In this document: piece after piece, positions 23,801-35,934 of the stretch
Layout: every line of letters starts with the position of its first letter
Position numbering within the stretch: position 1 is the stretch's first letter
Assembly (NCBI GenBank): GCA_002269645.1
Contig: NIVC01001269.1
Location: 62,001 to 126,000, forward strand
From: Macrostomum lignano
Lineage: Eukaryota
Direction of reading: 5' to 3'
Length of the DNA: 64,000 bases
Made by a program: the position numbers and the translations under genes
Notes under the pieces: model-generated
What the model was told of the DNA's origin: nothing
What the model saw: only the letters and a program-made list of their open reading frames with translations
Database searches by the model: none

Positions 23801-23820
23801 TTGTAAGTGAAGGTAATCAT
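11860..23820 (-). CDS. SERAC1: Serine active site-containing protein 1 (PGAP1-like alpha/beta hydrolase), about 647 aa, 6 coding exons
   Basis: Exons 23820-23719, 22092-21770, 21402-20828, 20108-19828, 19088-18849, 12282-11860 (1944 nt, phases consistent). Motifs DVVFINGMLGSVFYTWKQ, CWPRDWL, AAGVGNR, CHSFGGLIVKQM, RGVVFIAVPHLG, DHIQICKP match SERAC1 as recalled. First exon is acid-free and R/S/T/A-rich, like a targeting peptide; it is the least certain exon. Confidence 0.9.
12308..12845. repeat. 21-bp minisatellite (GCAGGCTTTCAGGTGGGTAAT and variants) in SERAC1 intron 5
   Basis: Directly visible; only about 2 units in the duplicated copy at about 8990-9050. Confidence 0.95.
13647..14651 (+). 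CDS. EGF-TM paralog 3, nested antisense in SERAC1 intron 5
   Basis: Exons 13647-13719, 13806-14060, 14413-14651; same phases and architecture as paralog 1; ends at TGA 14649-14651 within a triplicated 15-nt Cys-coding unit. Confidence 0.85.
14703..18110. repeat. 22-bp satellite (GAATGCACTCTGTAGTGAATCT), about 155 copies, 3.4 kb
   Basis: Directly visible; flanks align with single-copy sequence in paralogs 1 and 2. Confidence 0.98.
19395..19745. repeat. About 23-bp minisatellite (CACGGAAAGGGGAATCCCAAGCT) in SERAC1 intron 4
   Basis: Directly visible. Confidence 0.9.
20215..20810. repeat. AATC-rich minisatellite (AATCAATCAAACACAGGTGTCA) in SERAC1 intron 3
   Basis: Directly visible. Confidence 0.9.
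21465..21740. repeat. 25-bp minisatellite (TAAGAATCGCCCCTGATCCACCCAG) in SERAC1 intron 2
   Basis: Directly visible. Confidence 0.92.
22135..23615. repeat. Composite GGCGATT-based minisatellite in SERAC1 intron 1
   Basis: Repeating GGCGATTCTCATT / GGCGATTTTTCGAT / GGTGATTTCTTAAG subunits with higher-order structure. Confidence 0.92.
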
Positions 23821-23914
23821 CTTGACAACATGCACACTGCAGAGCTGCTCTGGGATTGCAACGGAGATTGTTGAACTTTGTACGCAATAAATTGTAGTTT
23901 AATTGATGCTAGAT

Positions 23915-24375
23915 ATGGTGGATTGCCTCAGGTGGTAGATTGCCTCAGGTGGTAGATGGTCTGATGGTAGATTGCCTCAGGTGGTAGATGGTCGAAGGTG
24001 GTAGATTGCCTCAGGTGGTAGATGGTCTGATGGTAGATTGCCTCAGGTGGTAGATGGTCGAAGGTGGTAGATGGTCGAAGGTGGTAGATGTTCCCAGGTG
24101 GTAGATGGTCGAAGGTGGTAGATGGTCCCAGGTGGTACATGGTCCCAGATGGTAGACGGTCACAGGTGGTAGATGGTCCCAGGTGGTAGATGGTAGATGT
24201 TCCCAGGTGGTAGATGGTCGAAGGTGGTAGATGGTCCCAGATGGTAGACGGTCACAGGTGGTAGATGGTCTGATGGTCCCAGGTGGTAGATGGTAGATGG
24301 TCCCAGGTGGTAGATGGTCCCAGGTGGTAGATGGTCCCAGGTGGTAGATGGTCTGATGGTCCCAGGTATCAGATG
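23915..24375. repeat. About 17-bp minisatellite (CAGGTGGTAGATGGTCC) between RPA3 and SERAC1
   Basis: Directly visible. Confidence 0.92.
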
Positions 24376-24731
24376 GAGGGCAGGTCCTATAAAAGATCCA
24401 ATCAATCAAATTAATCAAATAAGTCAAAGTGGAAGAGAATAACACGAAAACTTATCGAAATACGGAAGCAAATGCTTACTAGAAAAATTCAGACTAATTG
24501 TTAATTACCGAAAAGGATTAGCAACAGAATAATATTATTGGCATTATTAATTATTTGAGTAAAATGCAGTATGTCTTAAATGCCTATGCAAAATTGTTAT
24601 TAATAGTGAAGAATATGAGCGTTAGGGATTCGTTTCAAACTCCAAGTTACTGGTAAAAGTACAAAAATAAATTGAAGTTTTGCAATGGTCATTAGTTGTA
24701 TATTTTTACTAAATAGGAAATCGCCCTGCTA

Positions 24732-26130
<1,399 letters not shown>

Positions 26131-26249
26131 GGCGCTGGCTATGGGGTGAAAATAGCATGCAATAATGGGATAGAGAAACTTTAAAATGATGTTTTGCATT
26201 ACAGACAATTCTCTAATCCAACTGCCTATACTCTAATATCTCACTCTCT

Positions 26250-26600
26250 ATTCTCCCATCTCACTGTCTATTCTCTTATCTCACTGTCTATTCTCTTATC
26301 TCACTGTCTATTCTCTTATCTCACTGTCTAGTATCTAATGTCACTGTCTATTTTCTAATCCAACTGCCTATTCTCTTATCTCACTGTCTATTCTCTTATC
26401 TCACTGTCTAGTATCTAATGTCACTGTCTATTTTCTAATCCAACTGCCTATTCTCTTATCTCACTGTCTATTCTCTTATCTCACTGTCTAGTATCTAATG
26501 TCACTGTCTATTTTCTAATCCAACTGCCTATTCTCTTATCTCACTGTCTATTATCTAATCTCATTGTCTAGTCTCTAATCTCTCCCTATTCTCTAATCTT
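26250..26600. repeat. 20-bp minisatellite (CTCACTGTCTATTCTCTTAT) upstream of RPA3
   Basis: Directly visible. Confidence 0.88.
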
Positions 26601-27097
26601 ATCCGTCAATCTTCATATCTCCCATCTCGCTTTTGTCTGTAATTTTGTCTCCATTCCTATATCAAACCAGTTTAATCGTTTCACGCCCTATACACATCAA
26701 GTGACAACTATAAAACATAAAAAAATAAATTCGATTACAAAAAAAAATTTCACAGCTTCTAATTTTTCAGTCTCACTTTAATTAAAATTTGTGAGTAATG
26801 GCGCAGAGTGCAGAGATTTTTAAGCCACTGCGAGACTGCGTTTAAATAGCAAAAACGAAGCAGACAATGGAATAAAACGCAGAAATATATTTTGGTGCGC
26901 TTGAAAGTCAGAACAGCATTAATAATAGCCGCCTAGTAAACGTTCTAGTAATAAAATAGTGTTGACTAGATAGAGAAGTGGCGATTACCGAAGTGCTTTT
27001 TAACAGATAAGATAATAAAATTAAATATTGCTTTGCAGATAGATCTGATCGGGTTTGCTAAATTGCCTTGACGGGGGCTTGACACTTAATAGATTAA

Positions 27098-28125
27098 TTA
27101 TCACCTGGATGGAATGGGGGACCGAGAGCCAATGAGTAATTATCCCCTGGGTGGAATGGGGGACTGAGAATCAATGAGCAGTTATCACCTGGATGGAATG
27201 GGGGACCGAGAGCCAATGAGTAATCATCCCCTGGGTGGAATGGGGGACTGAGAATCAATGAGCAAATTATCACCTGGATGGAATGGGGGGACTGAGAGCC
27301 AATGAGTAATTATCACCTGGATGGAATGGGGGACTGAGAGCCAATGAGTAGTTATCACCTGGATGGAATGGGGGACTGAGAGCCAATGAGTAATTATCAC
27401 CTGGATGGAATGGGGGACCGAGAGCCAATGAGTAATTATCACCTGGATGGAATGGGGGACTGAGAGCCAATGAGTAATTATCACCTGGATGGAATGGGGG
27501 GGACTGAGAGCCAATGAGTAATCACTCCTGGATGGAATGGGGGACTGAGAGCCAATGAGTAATTATCCCCTGGATGGAATGGGGGACTGAGAGCCAATGA
27601 GTAATTATCACCTGGATGGAATGGGGGACTGAGAGCCAATGAGTAATTATCCCCTGGATGGAATGGGGGGACTGAGAGCCAATATGTAATCACTCCTGGA
27701 TGGAATGGGGGACTGAGAGCCAATGAGTAATTATCCCCTGGATGGAATGGGGGGACTGAGAGCCAATGAGTAATTATCACCTGGATGGAATGGGGGGGAC
27801 TGAGAGCCAATGAGTAATCACTCCTGGATGGAATGGGGGACTGAGAGCCAATGAGTAATTATCACCTGGATAGAATGGGGGACTGAGAGCCAATGAGTAA
27901 TTATCACCTGGATAGAATGGGGGACTGAGAGCCAATGAGTAATTATCACCTGGATAGAATGGGGGACTGAGAGCCAATGAGTAATTATCACCTGGATAGA
28001 ATGGGGGACTGAGAGCCAATGAGTAATTATCACCTGGATAGAATGGGGGACTGAGAGCCAATGAGTAATTATCACCTGGATAGAATGGGGGACTGAGAGC
28101 CAATGAGTAATTATCACCTGGATGG
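27098..28125. repeat. 42-bp minisatellite (TTATCACCTGGATGGAATGGGGGACTGAGAGCCAATGAGTAA), about 24 copies
   Basis: Directly visible; 14-aa periodic ORFs. Confidence 0.96.
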
Positions 28126-28552
28126 AGGAGTTGAATAGCCGGAAATAAAAATTGCACACTCTACATAAAACGCAGGCGCTTGAACAAAAAACTTAAGCAT
28201 ATAATCTATAGTGTTAATTTTTCATTCAATACGAAGCAAAATTGTCTCGAAGGTCAAGGAATGGCGTCAGTGCTGCGTGTTTGTAACCTTTTATGCGGGC
28301 ACCAATTGCTCAAAACAAGAAAATACACAATCAAGAAGAAAATAGGCAACATAAAAACAAAAGCAGCTACTAATAAAGATATGAATAATTCGATTAACAT
28401 AGCATTTTGTGGCCCACAGAAACAGGGTTGCTAGGGGACGGAAGAGTTGCTATTATTAGATTTTATTATTAAACTATTGTCAAGGCCAAATGCCGATTTT
28501 AGAGATATGGGCACAAGTATAGTAGGGGTGAGTGGGGCGCTGGTCGGGAACA

Positions 28553-28812
28553 TGTACATTGAGGAGTGAGTGGGGTGGTCGCGAGGAGTGTACATTGAGG
28601 AGTGAGTGGGGTGGTCGCGAGGAGTGTACATTGAGGAGTGAGTGGGGTGGTCGCGAGGAGTGTACATTGAGGAGTGAGTGGGGTGGTCGCGAGGAGTGTA
28701 CATTGAGGAGTGAGTGGGGTGGTCGCGAGGAGTGTACATTGAGGAGTGAGTGGGGTGGTCGCGAGGAGTGTACATTGAGGAGTGAGTGGGGTGGTCGCGA
28801 GGAGTGTACATT
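28553..28812. repeat. 36-bp minisatellite, about 7 near-identical copies
   Basis: TGTACATTGAGGAGTGAGTGGGGTGGTCGCGAGGAG repeated. Confidence 0.95.
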
Positions 28813-30534
28813 GGGGAAAGAGTGGGGTGGTTGGGAGCAATTGTATATAGAAATGTTCTTTTTTAGGCATGGATAACTATTTAGCCACCTATAAAAGTTC
28901 AGTAAAGGTGCAAATAAAAAATCAAAAAGGGGCAGAATAGGCGAGACAAGTGCTTGTGCACAGTCTAAAAACTTCTTTGTGACAAACAACTAGCAAAAAA
29001 ACGCATACCTTGTGCTTTGTGTGAGGAAAATAAAGAGAAAACTATGACATACCGATGATGATGACAATCAGCAGGTGCATTCCAGAAAGTGGAAGTGGTG
29101 AGTAAAATTTACAAGCTATTAAAAACTTAAGAAGTAGTATCGTGTGCACTTCTGAGTACTAGTACGAGTAGAAATTCTAAAATAATTTTTGAGAACTCCA
29201 ATTTTTTTGCATTTTGTGGAATGATTTATCATTCAGCAGATTATCAAAATAATTTTTTCCAATAATAATAATGCTAGCCGCAGCGATGCAAACGTTTTAC
29301 AATAATACAAATTTTATCCTGCTAATTAAAAAAGTTTAAAGAAAACCTCTCATTACAGAGAGCGCCATCAATGGAGACCTCTGATTCTGCTTAGAGGTTA
29401 TAAACAGAAAAACAAAACAAAAAGTGTGTGTGTGTGTGTGTAAAAAAACAGAAAATAAAAGAACATGAATAAAATTTGCACAACCAAATTCGGTTATCGT
29501 AGGCAGCAGTGTGCTACTATAAGTAGCAAGGAGAACAAGCTAAAATTAGAGGTTAACAAAAAAGGTAATTCTATGCTGTTTTCTTAAAAATTCCATGTCT
29601 ATGTCAGAAACAGAAATATGTGTGTTTTCGAAGAAACGGTATCGCTGATCCGCCAACAGCCTGTGTTCCAAGAAACAATACCATTTCTTAGAAAATTACT
29701 CATTCAAAAGTGTACGCAAGTTTAAGGAACACATTTCTGTAATATAAGCAAAGAAGTCAAGAGCAATTGAAATGTGCGAGCAAAAAGGAAAAAATTAAAT
29801 AAACAACTGACTACTGACAGAGACAATTAAGTAGCGTGCACAAAATGCCGCATATTAATAGTATTATTGTAACGAAACAATATTTTTCTCTTAAATAAAA
29901 ATTGGTCAAAAAAGCGAATGGGTAAATTATTTTGCTTTTAATTAAAAATGTGGATTTTTATTAATGAAGAAATACTTTGCAGTCGGTGTTAGAAGATCAA
30001 TCATGGGGATTGCTGCTGTGTGCACATTTTTATTTCAAAAGAGGCCAGTTCAAGGCTGACTTTCCAATCTAATCATAAAGCTCCCGTACAATTTATTAAC
30101 AAGTGGAGAATCAGTAAATACTGGTAGTACAGATTAGTATGACTAGATAAAGAAAAAATCCACAGTGATTTGACAAGAAAGTGCAGATTGACTAGAAATT
30201 ATTGCAGACATTACTCACAAACAGAATATTAGGTAACAGCATATCCCAGGGTTAGATTCAAAACGCATTTATTAATTAGACATTCCTTAATTACTTACTA
30301 TAAGTAGCTTGATCATTTTCTTCAACAAGTTAACAGTAAATTAAAAAACACGGTCGTTGTTCCCAAGAACAGATACTAGAATAGCTAACTATGCCACGCG
30401 CAACAAAAGTTGTGAAAAGTTTCTTTTTCAGCAGTTTTGCCTCGCAGTGTCACTTGAAATTAATACGGAAGCTAAAATTTCCTTTCCTTCCTCTGAAGGA
30501 GCACATGGAGTTGGGAATGGGAAAAGCAAGGCTT

Positions 30535-31815
30535 TTAACTCAAAGTACACAAGTTAAACGCAGACGGATGAAACCCTGTCTAGCAGTGGTTCTGGTTCAG
30601 CCAATGAGAGAGCAGTAAGGAGAGAGATCAAAGTCAGAAGGACGAAACTCAGCCTAGGGGACAGGCCCAGTCTAGCTCAGCCAATGAGAGAGCAGTAAGG
30701 AGAGAGATCAAAGTCAGAAGGACGAAACTCAGCCTAGGGCGAAGGCCCAATCCATGTCAGCCAATGAGAGAGCAGTAAGGAGAGAAATCAAAGTCAGAAG
30801 GATGAAACTCAGCTTAGGGGACAGGCCCAGTCTAGCTCAGCCAATGAGAGAGCAGTAAGGAGAGAGATCAAAGTCAGAAGGACGAAACTCAGCCTAGGGC
30901 GCAGGCCCAATCAGTGGTGTGATTGGAAAGTTTGCCAAATTTCGCGCCGACTGAAAATTTTCGCGCCATGCCAATGATATTCTACTGACAGCCAAATAAG
31001 TCAATTGATGACACTTTTGAAGATGCGTCTGGCTACCAATTAGCATGTCTCTCAAGTCCCAGCCGTGTCCCGCCTGAACTTCTTGTTGGCGATGTTGGGT
31101 GGAATCTTTGAATCTGGGCAAATGGCCATCAGATCCTCAGCAAGGTCCTCTTCTGACTCGAAGCTGCGATTCTTCAGTGCAATCCTGACAACACATCTGA
31201 TCTCTGCCGCCCTCGCAGACGTAGCAGCCACATCTTCATTGTCACTTTGCTTCTTTGCGACCACGAAATTCTCCACGAATCTCGAAATTCTCGAGATTAA
31301 TCTCCTAAGCTATGACATTCTTGTATTTCATACTGTCTGACAAGAGAATAAGTGTAAAAAGCAGAAAATAAGAATGCAATTTTCGCGCCCATGGTTCCAC
31401 AAAATTTCGCGCCAGACCCCCAGGATTCGCGCATTCGCGCCATTTTCGCGCCTGGCGCGAATTCGCGCCTGAATCACACCACTGGGCCCAATCTAGCTCA
31501 GCCAATGATTGGGAAGTAAGGAGAGAGGTCAAAGTCAGATACAAGCGGACAAGAGGAAAGCCAAAACTGTTTATCGGCCTGGCTGAAGCGCCACCCCCTT
31601 TCCCTCTTGCTCGCCATGCACACGCACTGGATCTGACTTTTTCAAGGTAAAGATGCCAATTTAAGTGGTCTGTTTGTAGAAAGCCTGAGCTAATTGTTAC
31701 AGCTTCAACAAAAACTTAAATTTTTTTTACAAAAAGTAAAATTAACTGAAAAAGCTAAAAAGAGTAGATAAGCGCGTTTTTGCGAGTGATATCTAGCTAT
31801 TCTAGTATCTGTGAG
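30535..31815 (+). mobile_element. Dispersed repeat with internal 80-bp CCAAT-containing tandem units (copy A), interrupted by a hAT element
   Basis: 80-bp period (CCAATGAGAG at 30601, 30681, 30761, 30841); unique flanks and units are homologous to the reverse complement of about 44215-44945. Class not determined. Confidence 0.65.
30912..31484 (-). mobile_element. Internally deleted hAT-type DNA transposon (573 bp)
   Basis: 13-bp perfect TIR CAGTGGTGTGATT/AATCACACCACTG; 8-bp TSD GGCCCAAT (30904-30911, 31485-31492); subterminal TTTTCGCGCC repeats; transposase remnant AEIRCVVRIALKNRSFESEEDLAEDLMAICPDSKI (AE......N.SF...D.L....PDS.I pattern). Confidence 0.88.
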
Positions 31816-32057
31816 TAACGCCAGATCGCAGAGCATAGCGTGTACACTGTCTGACGCAATGCGAAAGTCATCAGGGCCGCTGTTCGATTACACCTTGCAT
31901 GATCAGCCGAGTAATTACAGCTCTGGCTTCAGCTGGCAATCTACCCTATACTTTGACAAATTTACTAAATATTAAACAAAGATCTTTAAACATATTTTTA
32001 ACACAAGGAATGCGCTCCAGCTGCAAAAGCAGATACTAACAACTATTGCAATTCGAA

Positions 32058-34340
32058 TCACGCCTTCGCCGCCGCACCGTCAGCGTCTGCTGCTGCTGCT
32101 GCCTCTTGCGGAGGCAGAAAGGCGACAGCTTCAGTCTGCTTTTGGTCAGTCTCAGGTCCTCCGGCAGATGGTCGAGCTTTGTGATGTTGGTGACGCTGGT
32201 GATGATGCTGATGCTGAGCAGCTGGTCTGCTCACAGCGGTAGTCGCGCCGCCGTCTAGCTCCCGCTCAGACGGGCCCCGGCAGCAGTACTTGCGCACTTT
32301 CGGCAGCACAAACGGCAAACTGCACAGAGCCGCAACGCCGCCAATGCAGCCGAGAACCACAACGTAAAACAAAAAGTTCGGCGCCGTGGCGGCGTAGTCA
32401 TCGCAGTTGGCTGGACTTTCGTCCGCTTCGCTTGGACACTTGGCATCGCCGCTGCACAGCTGATGGCAGGGATAGTAGGCGCTGGATAGCTGATAGCTGG
32501 AATTGCTGCCCTGGATGAAGTCGCAGGTGCAGAAGCACTTTTGAGAACAGCCGGGACACGCGAGCGAGTCGCTGACCAAACCGGCCGCGCCGCTCTCTGA
32601 AGCGTCAGCTGCCGTAGGCAGGCTGCGGCAAGGCGCGCAAGCCGGCCGGCACTGCGTGTGACGGCCGCGGTTCTTTGAGGACACCCGATTGCAGGTGTGC
32701 TGCAGCTCGTTGAAGCAGGTCAGCTGCGGGATCGGGTGCGGCAATGGGCTGGGGATTCAGATTTGGGATCTGATTGGGGATCTGATTGGGGATCTGATTG
32801 AGGATTCAGATTTGGGATCTGATTGGGGATTCAAATTTGGGATCTGATTGGGACTCACATTTGGGATCTGATTAGGATTCAGATTTGGGATCTGATTGGG
32901 ATTCAGATTTGGGATCTGATTGGGGATTCACATTTAGGATCTGATGATTGGGGATTCAGATTTGGGATCTGATTGGAATTCAGATTTGGGATCTGATTGG
33001 GATTTCAGATTTGAGATCTGATTGAATATTCAGATTTGAGATCTGATTGGGATTCACATTTGGGATCTGATTGGGATTCACATTTAGGATCTAATTGGGG
33101 ATTCAGATTTAGGATCTGATTGGAATTGAGATTTGGGATCTGATTGGGAGTCACATTTAGGATCTGATTGGAGATTCACATTTGGGATCTGATTGGGATT
33201 CAGATTTGAGATCTGATTTGGATTCACATTTGGGATCTGATTGGGATTCACATTTAGGATCTGATTGGGGATTCAGATTTAGGATCTGATTGGAATTGAG
33301 ATTTAGGATCTGATTGGGAGTCACATTTAGGATCTGATTGGAATTGAGATTTGGGATCTGATTGGGAGTCACATTTAGGATCTGATTGGAGATTCACATT
33401 TGGGATCTGATTGGGATTCAGATTTGGGATCTGATTGGGATTCACATTTAGGATCTGATGATTGGGATTCAGATTTGGGATCTGATTGGAATTCAGATTT
33501 GGGATCTGATTGGGATTTCAGATTTGTGATCTGATTGGGATTTCAGATTTGGGATCTGATTGAGGATTCAGATTTGGGATCTGATTGAGGATTCAGATTT
33601 GGGATCTGATTGGGATTCACATTTGGGATCTGATTGGGGATTCAGATTTGGGATCTGATTGAGGATTCAGATTTGGGATCTGATTGAGGATTCAGATTTG
33701 AGCTGAGCCATCTACTGGTTAATCCCTTTTGGGATTTACTGGGGAATCCCTTTTTGGTATCTACTGGGGAATTACTATTGGATCTACTGGGGAATTCCTA
33801 ATGATATCTACTGGGAAATCCCTACTGTGGTCATCAGTTGGTCAGAACGAAGGAATATATAACGCAAGACTCTCAATAACATCCCCAAAAAGCCAGTCTC
33901 ACCCGAACAATGCCGTCAGCTCCCAGTCCGGCCGGTCTGTGGGTCACGGCAAACCAGGCGCAGAACATGTCGGGCTCCTGGGACAGGCACAGCTGCAATG
34001 CCCGGCCGAAAGTTCTCTCCGCCGGTTTCAAGCGTTTCAATTCGCGAGCAGCCCCCGCAGAGGCGTTCAACTCCCGCCAGATGCGTCGGTCCAGCTGCAT
34101 CTGCCTGTGCCTGTCGGTCACCTCCGTGACAGCTGACAGCGGACCTGACCGATCTTCAGACGATGGCAAAGTGGTCAAACCGCCGGACACCTGCTGGGCA
34201 GAGCTGGCCCGAGTTGCCAGCGCTGTTGCCAAGGCCATGGCAACTAAACAGCGGATAGCCGGACTGGATGAGGATAAGCCGCAGAAACAGATTCGAAAAC
34301 ACTCGTAATTATGAAACCAGCTGTTAGATAACAGCATCAT
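32058..34340 (-). CDS. Uncharacterised single-pass membrane protein with Cys-rich ectodomain and juxtamembrane LDL-receptor class A-like motif, about 367 aa
   Basis: Exons 34340 (or 34238)-33903 and 32723-32058, phase-0 GT-AG intron. Signal-like MALATALATRASSA; YPCHQLCSGDAKCPSEADESPANC; TM FLFYVVVLGCIGGVAALCSLPFVL followed by PKVRKYCC; His-rich tail. Confidence 0.72.
32757..33700. repeat. 24-25-bp minisatellite (GGGATCTGATTGGGATTCAGATTT) filling the intron of the LDLa-like gene
   Basis: Directly visible. Confidence 0.95.
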
Positions 34341-34434
34341 CGACTGCACAGGTGACTGAAATGAAATAAATAGATATATTTCTAAATATCTGCGAAATAA
34401 CAATAAACAGACATGAAATCCTAAATATTTATTC

Positions 34435-35400
34435 ATTATGAAATCCCAAATATCTATGGATTTTGAAATCCCAAAATATCTATCGATTATGAAATCCCAA
34501 AATATCTATGGGTTATGAAATCCAAAAGTATCTATCGATTATGAAATCCCAAAATATCTATCGATTATGAAATCCCAAAATATCTATGGGTTATGAAATC
34601 CAAAAGTATCTATCGATTATGAAATCCCAAAATATCTATCGATTATGAAATCCCAAAATATCTATGGGTTATGAAATCCAAAAGTATCTATCGATTATGA
34701 AATCCCAAAATATCTATCGATTATGAAATCATCACAAATATCTATAAATAATGAAATCCCAAATCTCAATAGACTCTAAACCCCCAAACACTATGGATTA
34801 TGAAAATCTAAATCTCTGTGGATTATTAAATCCCTAATATGTATAGATTATGAAGCATGAAATCCTAAATATTTATTGATTATGAAATCCCAAATATCTA
34901 TGGATTATTAAATCCCAAAATATCTATGGATTATGAAATCCCTAAATGTCTATCGATTATGAAATCCCAAAATATCTATCGATTATGAAATCCCAAAATA
35001 TCTATGGGTTATGAAATCCAAAAGTATCTATCGATTATGAAATCCCAAAATATCTATCGATTATGAAATCCCAAAATATCTATGGGTTATGAAATCCAAA
35101 AGTATCTATCGATTATGAAATCCCAAAATATCTATCGATTATGAAATCCCAAAATATCTATCGATTATGAAATCCCAAATCTCAATAGACTATAAAATCC
35201 CAAACACTATGGATTATGAAAATCTAAATCTCTGTGGATTATGAAATTCCAAATATATATGGATTATGAAATCATCACAAATATCTATAAATAATGAAAT
35301 TCCAAATATATATGGATTATGAAAATCGAAATCTCTATGGATTATTAAATCCCTAATATCTATAGATTATGAAGTCCCACCTAAATCTATGGATTTTTGA
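34435..35400. repeat. About 26-bp AT-rich minisatellite (TCGATTATGAAATCCCAAAATATCTA)
   Basis: Directly visible, with higher-order blocks. Confidence 0.92.
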
Positions 35401-35934
35401 ACCAAGAACTGAAAGCTGAAAATCTCATTAATTAAAATAATAAACGCAGAAAAGACGCCTAAAAGTATATTTAAAATTAGCTATGCATAATTAGTAAGCC
35501 AATAAATATATTGCATTAGAACGACATAAAAATATGGTTATAAAATAAGACTTATAAACAAGCCAACAGACTTGATAACTTATCTCAAGCTGAGACCAAC
35601 AAGCTGAGCACAGCGGCAAATTGGTAGCATTGAAGAAAAAGCAGAGAAAGATTGCTGCTACTAAAATCAGAGCCAAGTGAGATGGGAAGAGAGAGGAAGT
35701 GAATCAAATTAGTGCTAGCGATCCCAAACTCTACACTTGCCTTCACTCGATGAGCAGGGTGAAGCCTCTTTCATGTTCTCGCCAGATGCGACCTGAACCA
35801 ATCACATCGATATTGGCGATATCGCATGGCTGACAAGGTAATTAATTACATTATATATCTAACTGTACTTGTATGCAGTATGTTATAGTTGCAATAATGT
35901 ATCACTGTCCTGAATAATAAGGCGCACTTGAATC

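Noticed and set aside
28254-28400. 48-aa hydrophobic minus-strand ORF (MLIELFISLLVAAFVFMLPIFFLIVYFLVL...)
   Set aside because: T-rich DNA yields hydrophobic ORFs by chance; no convincing upstream exon found.
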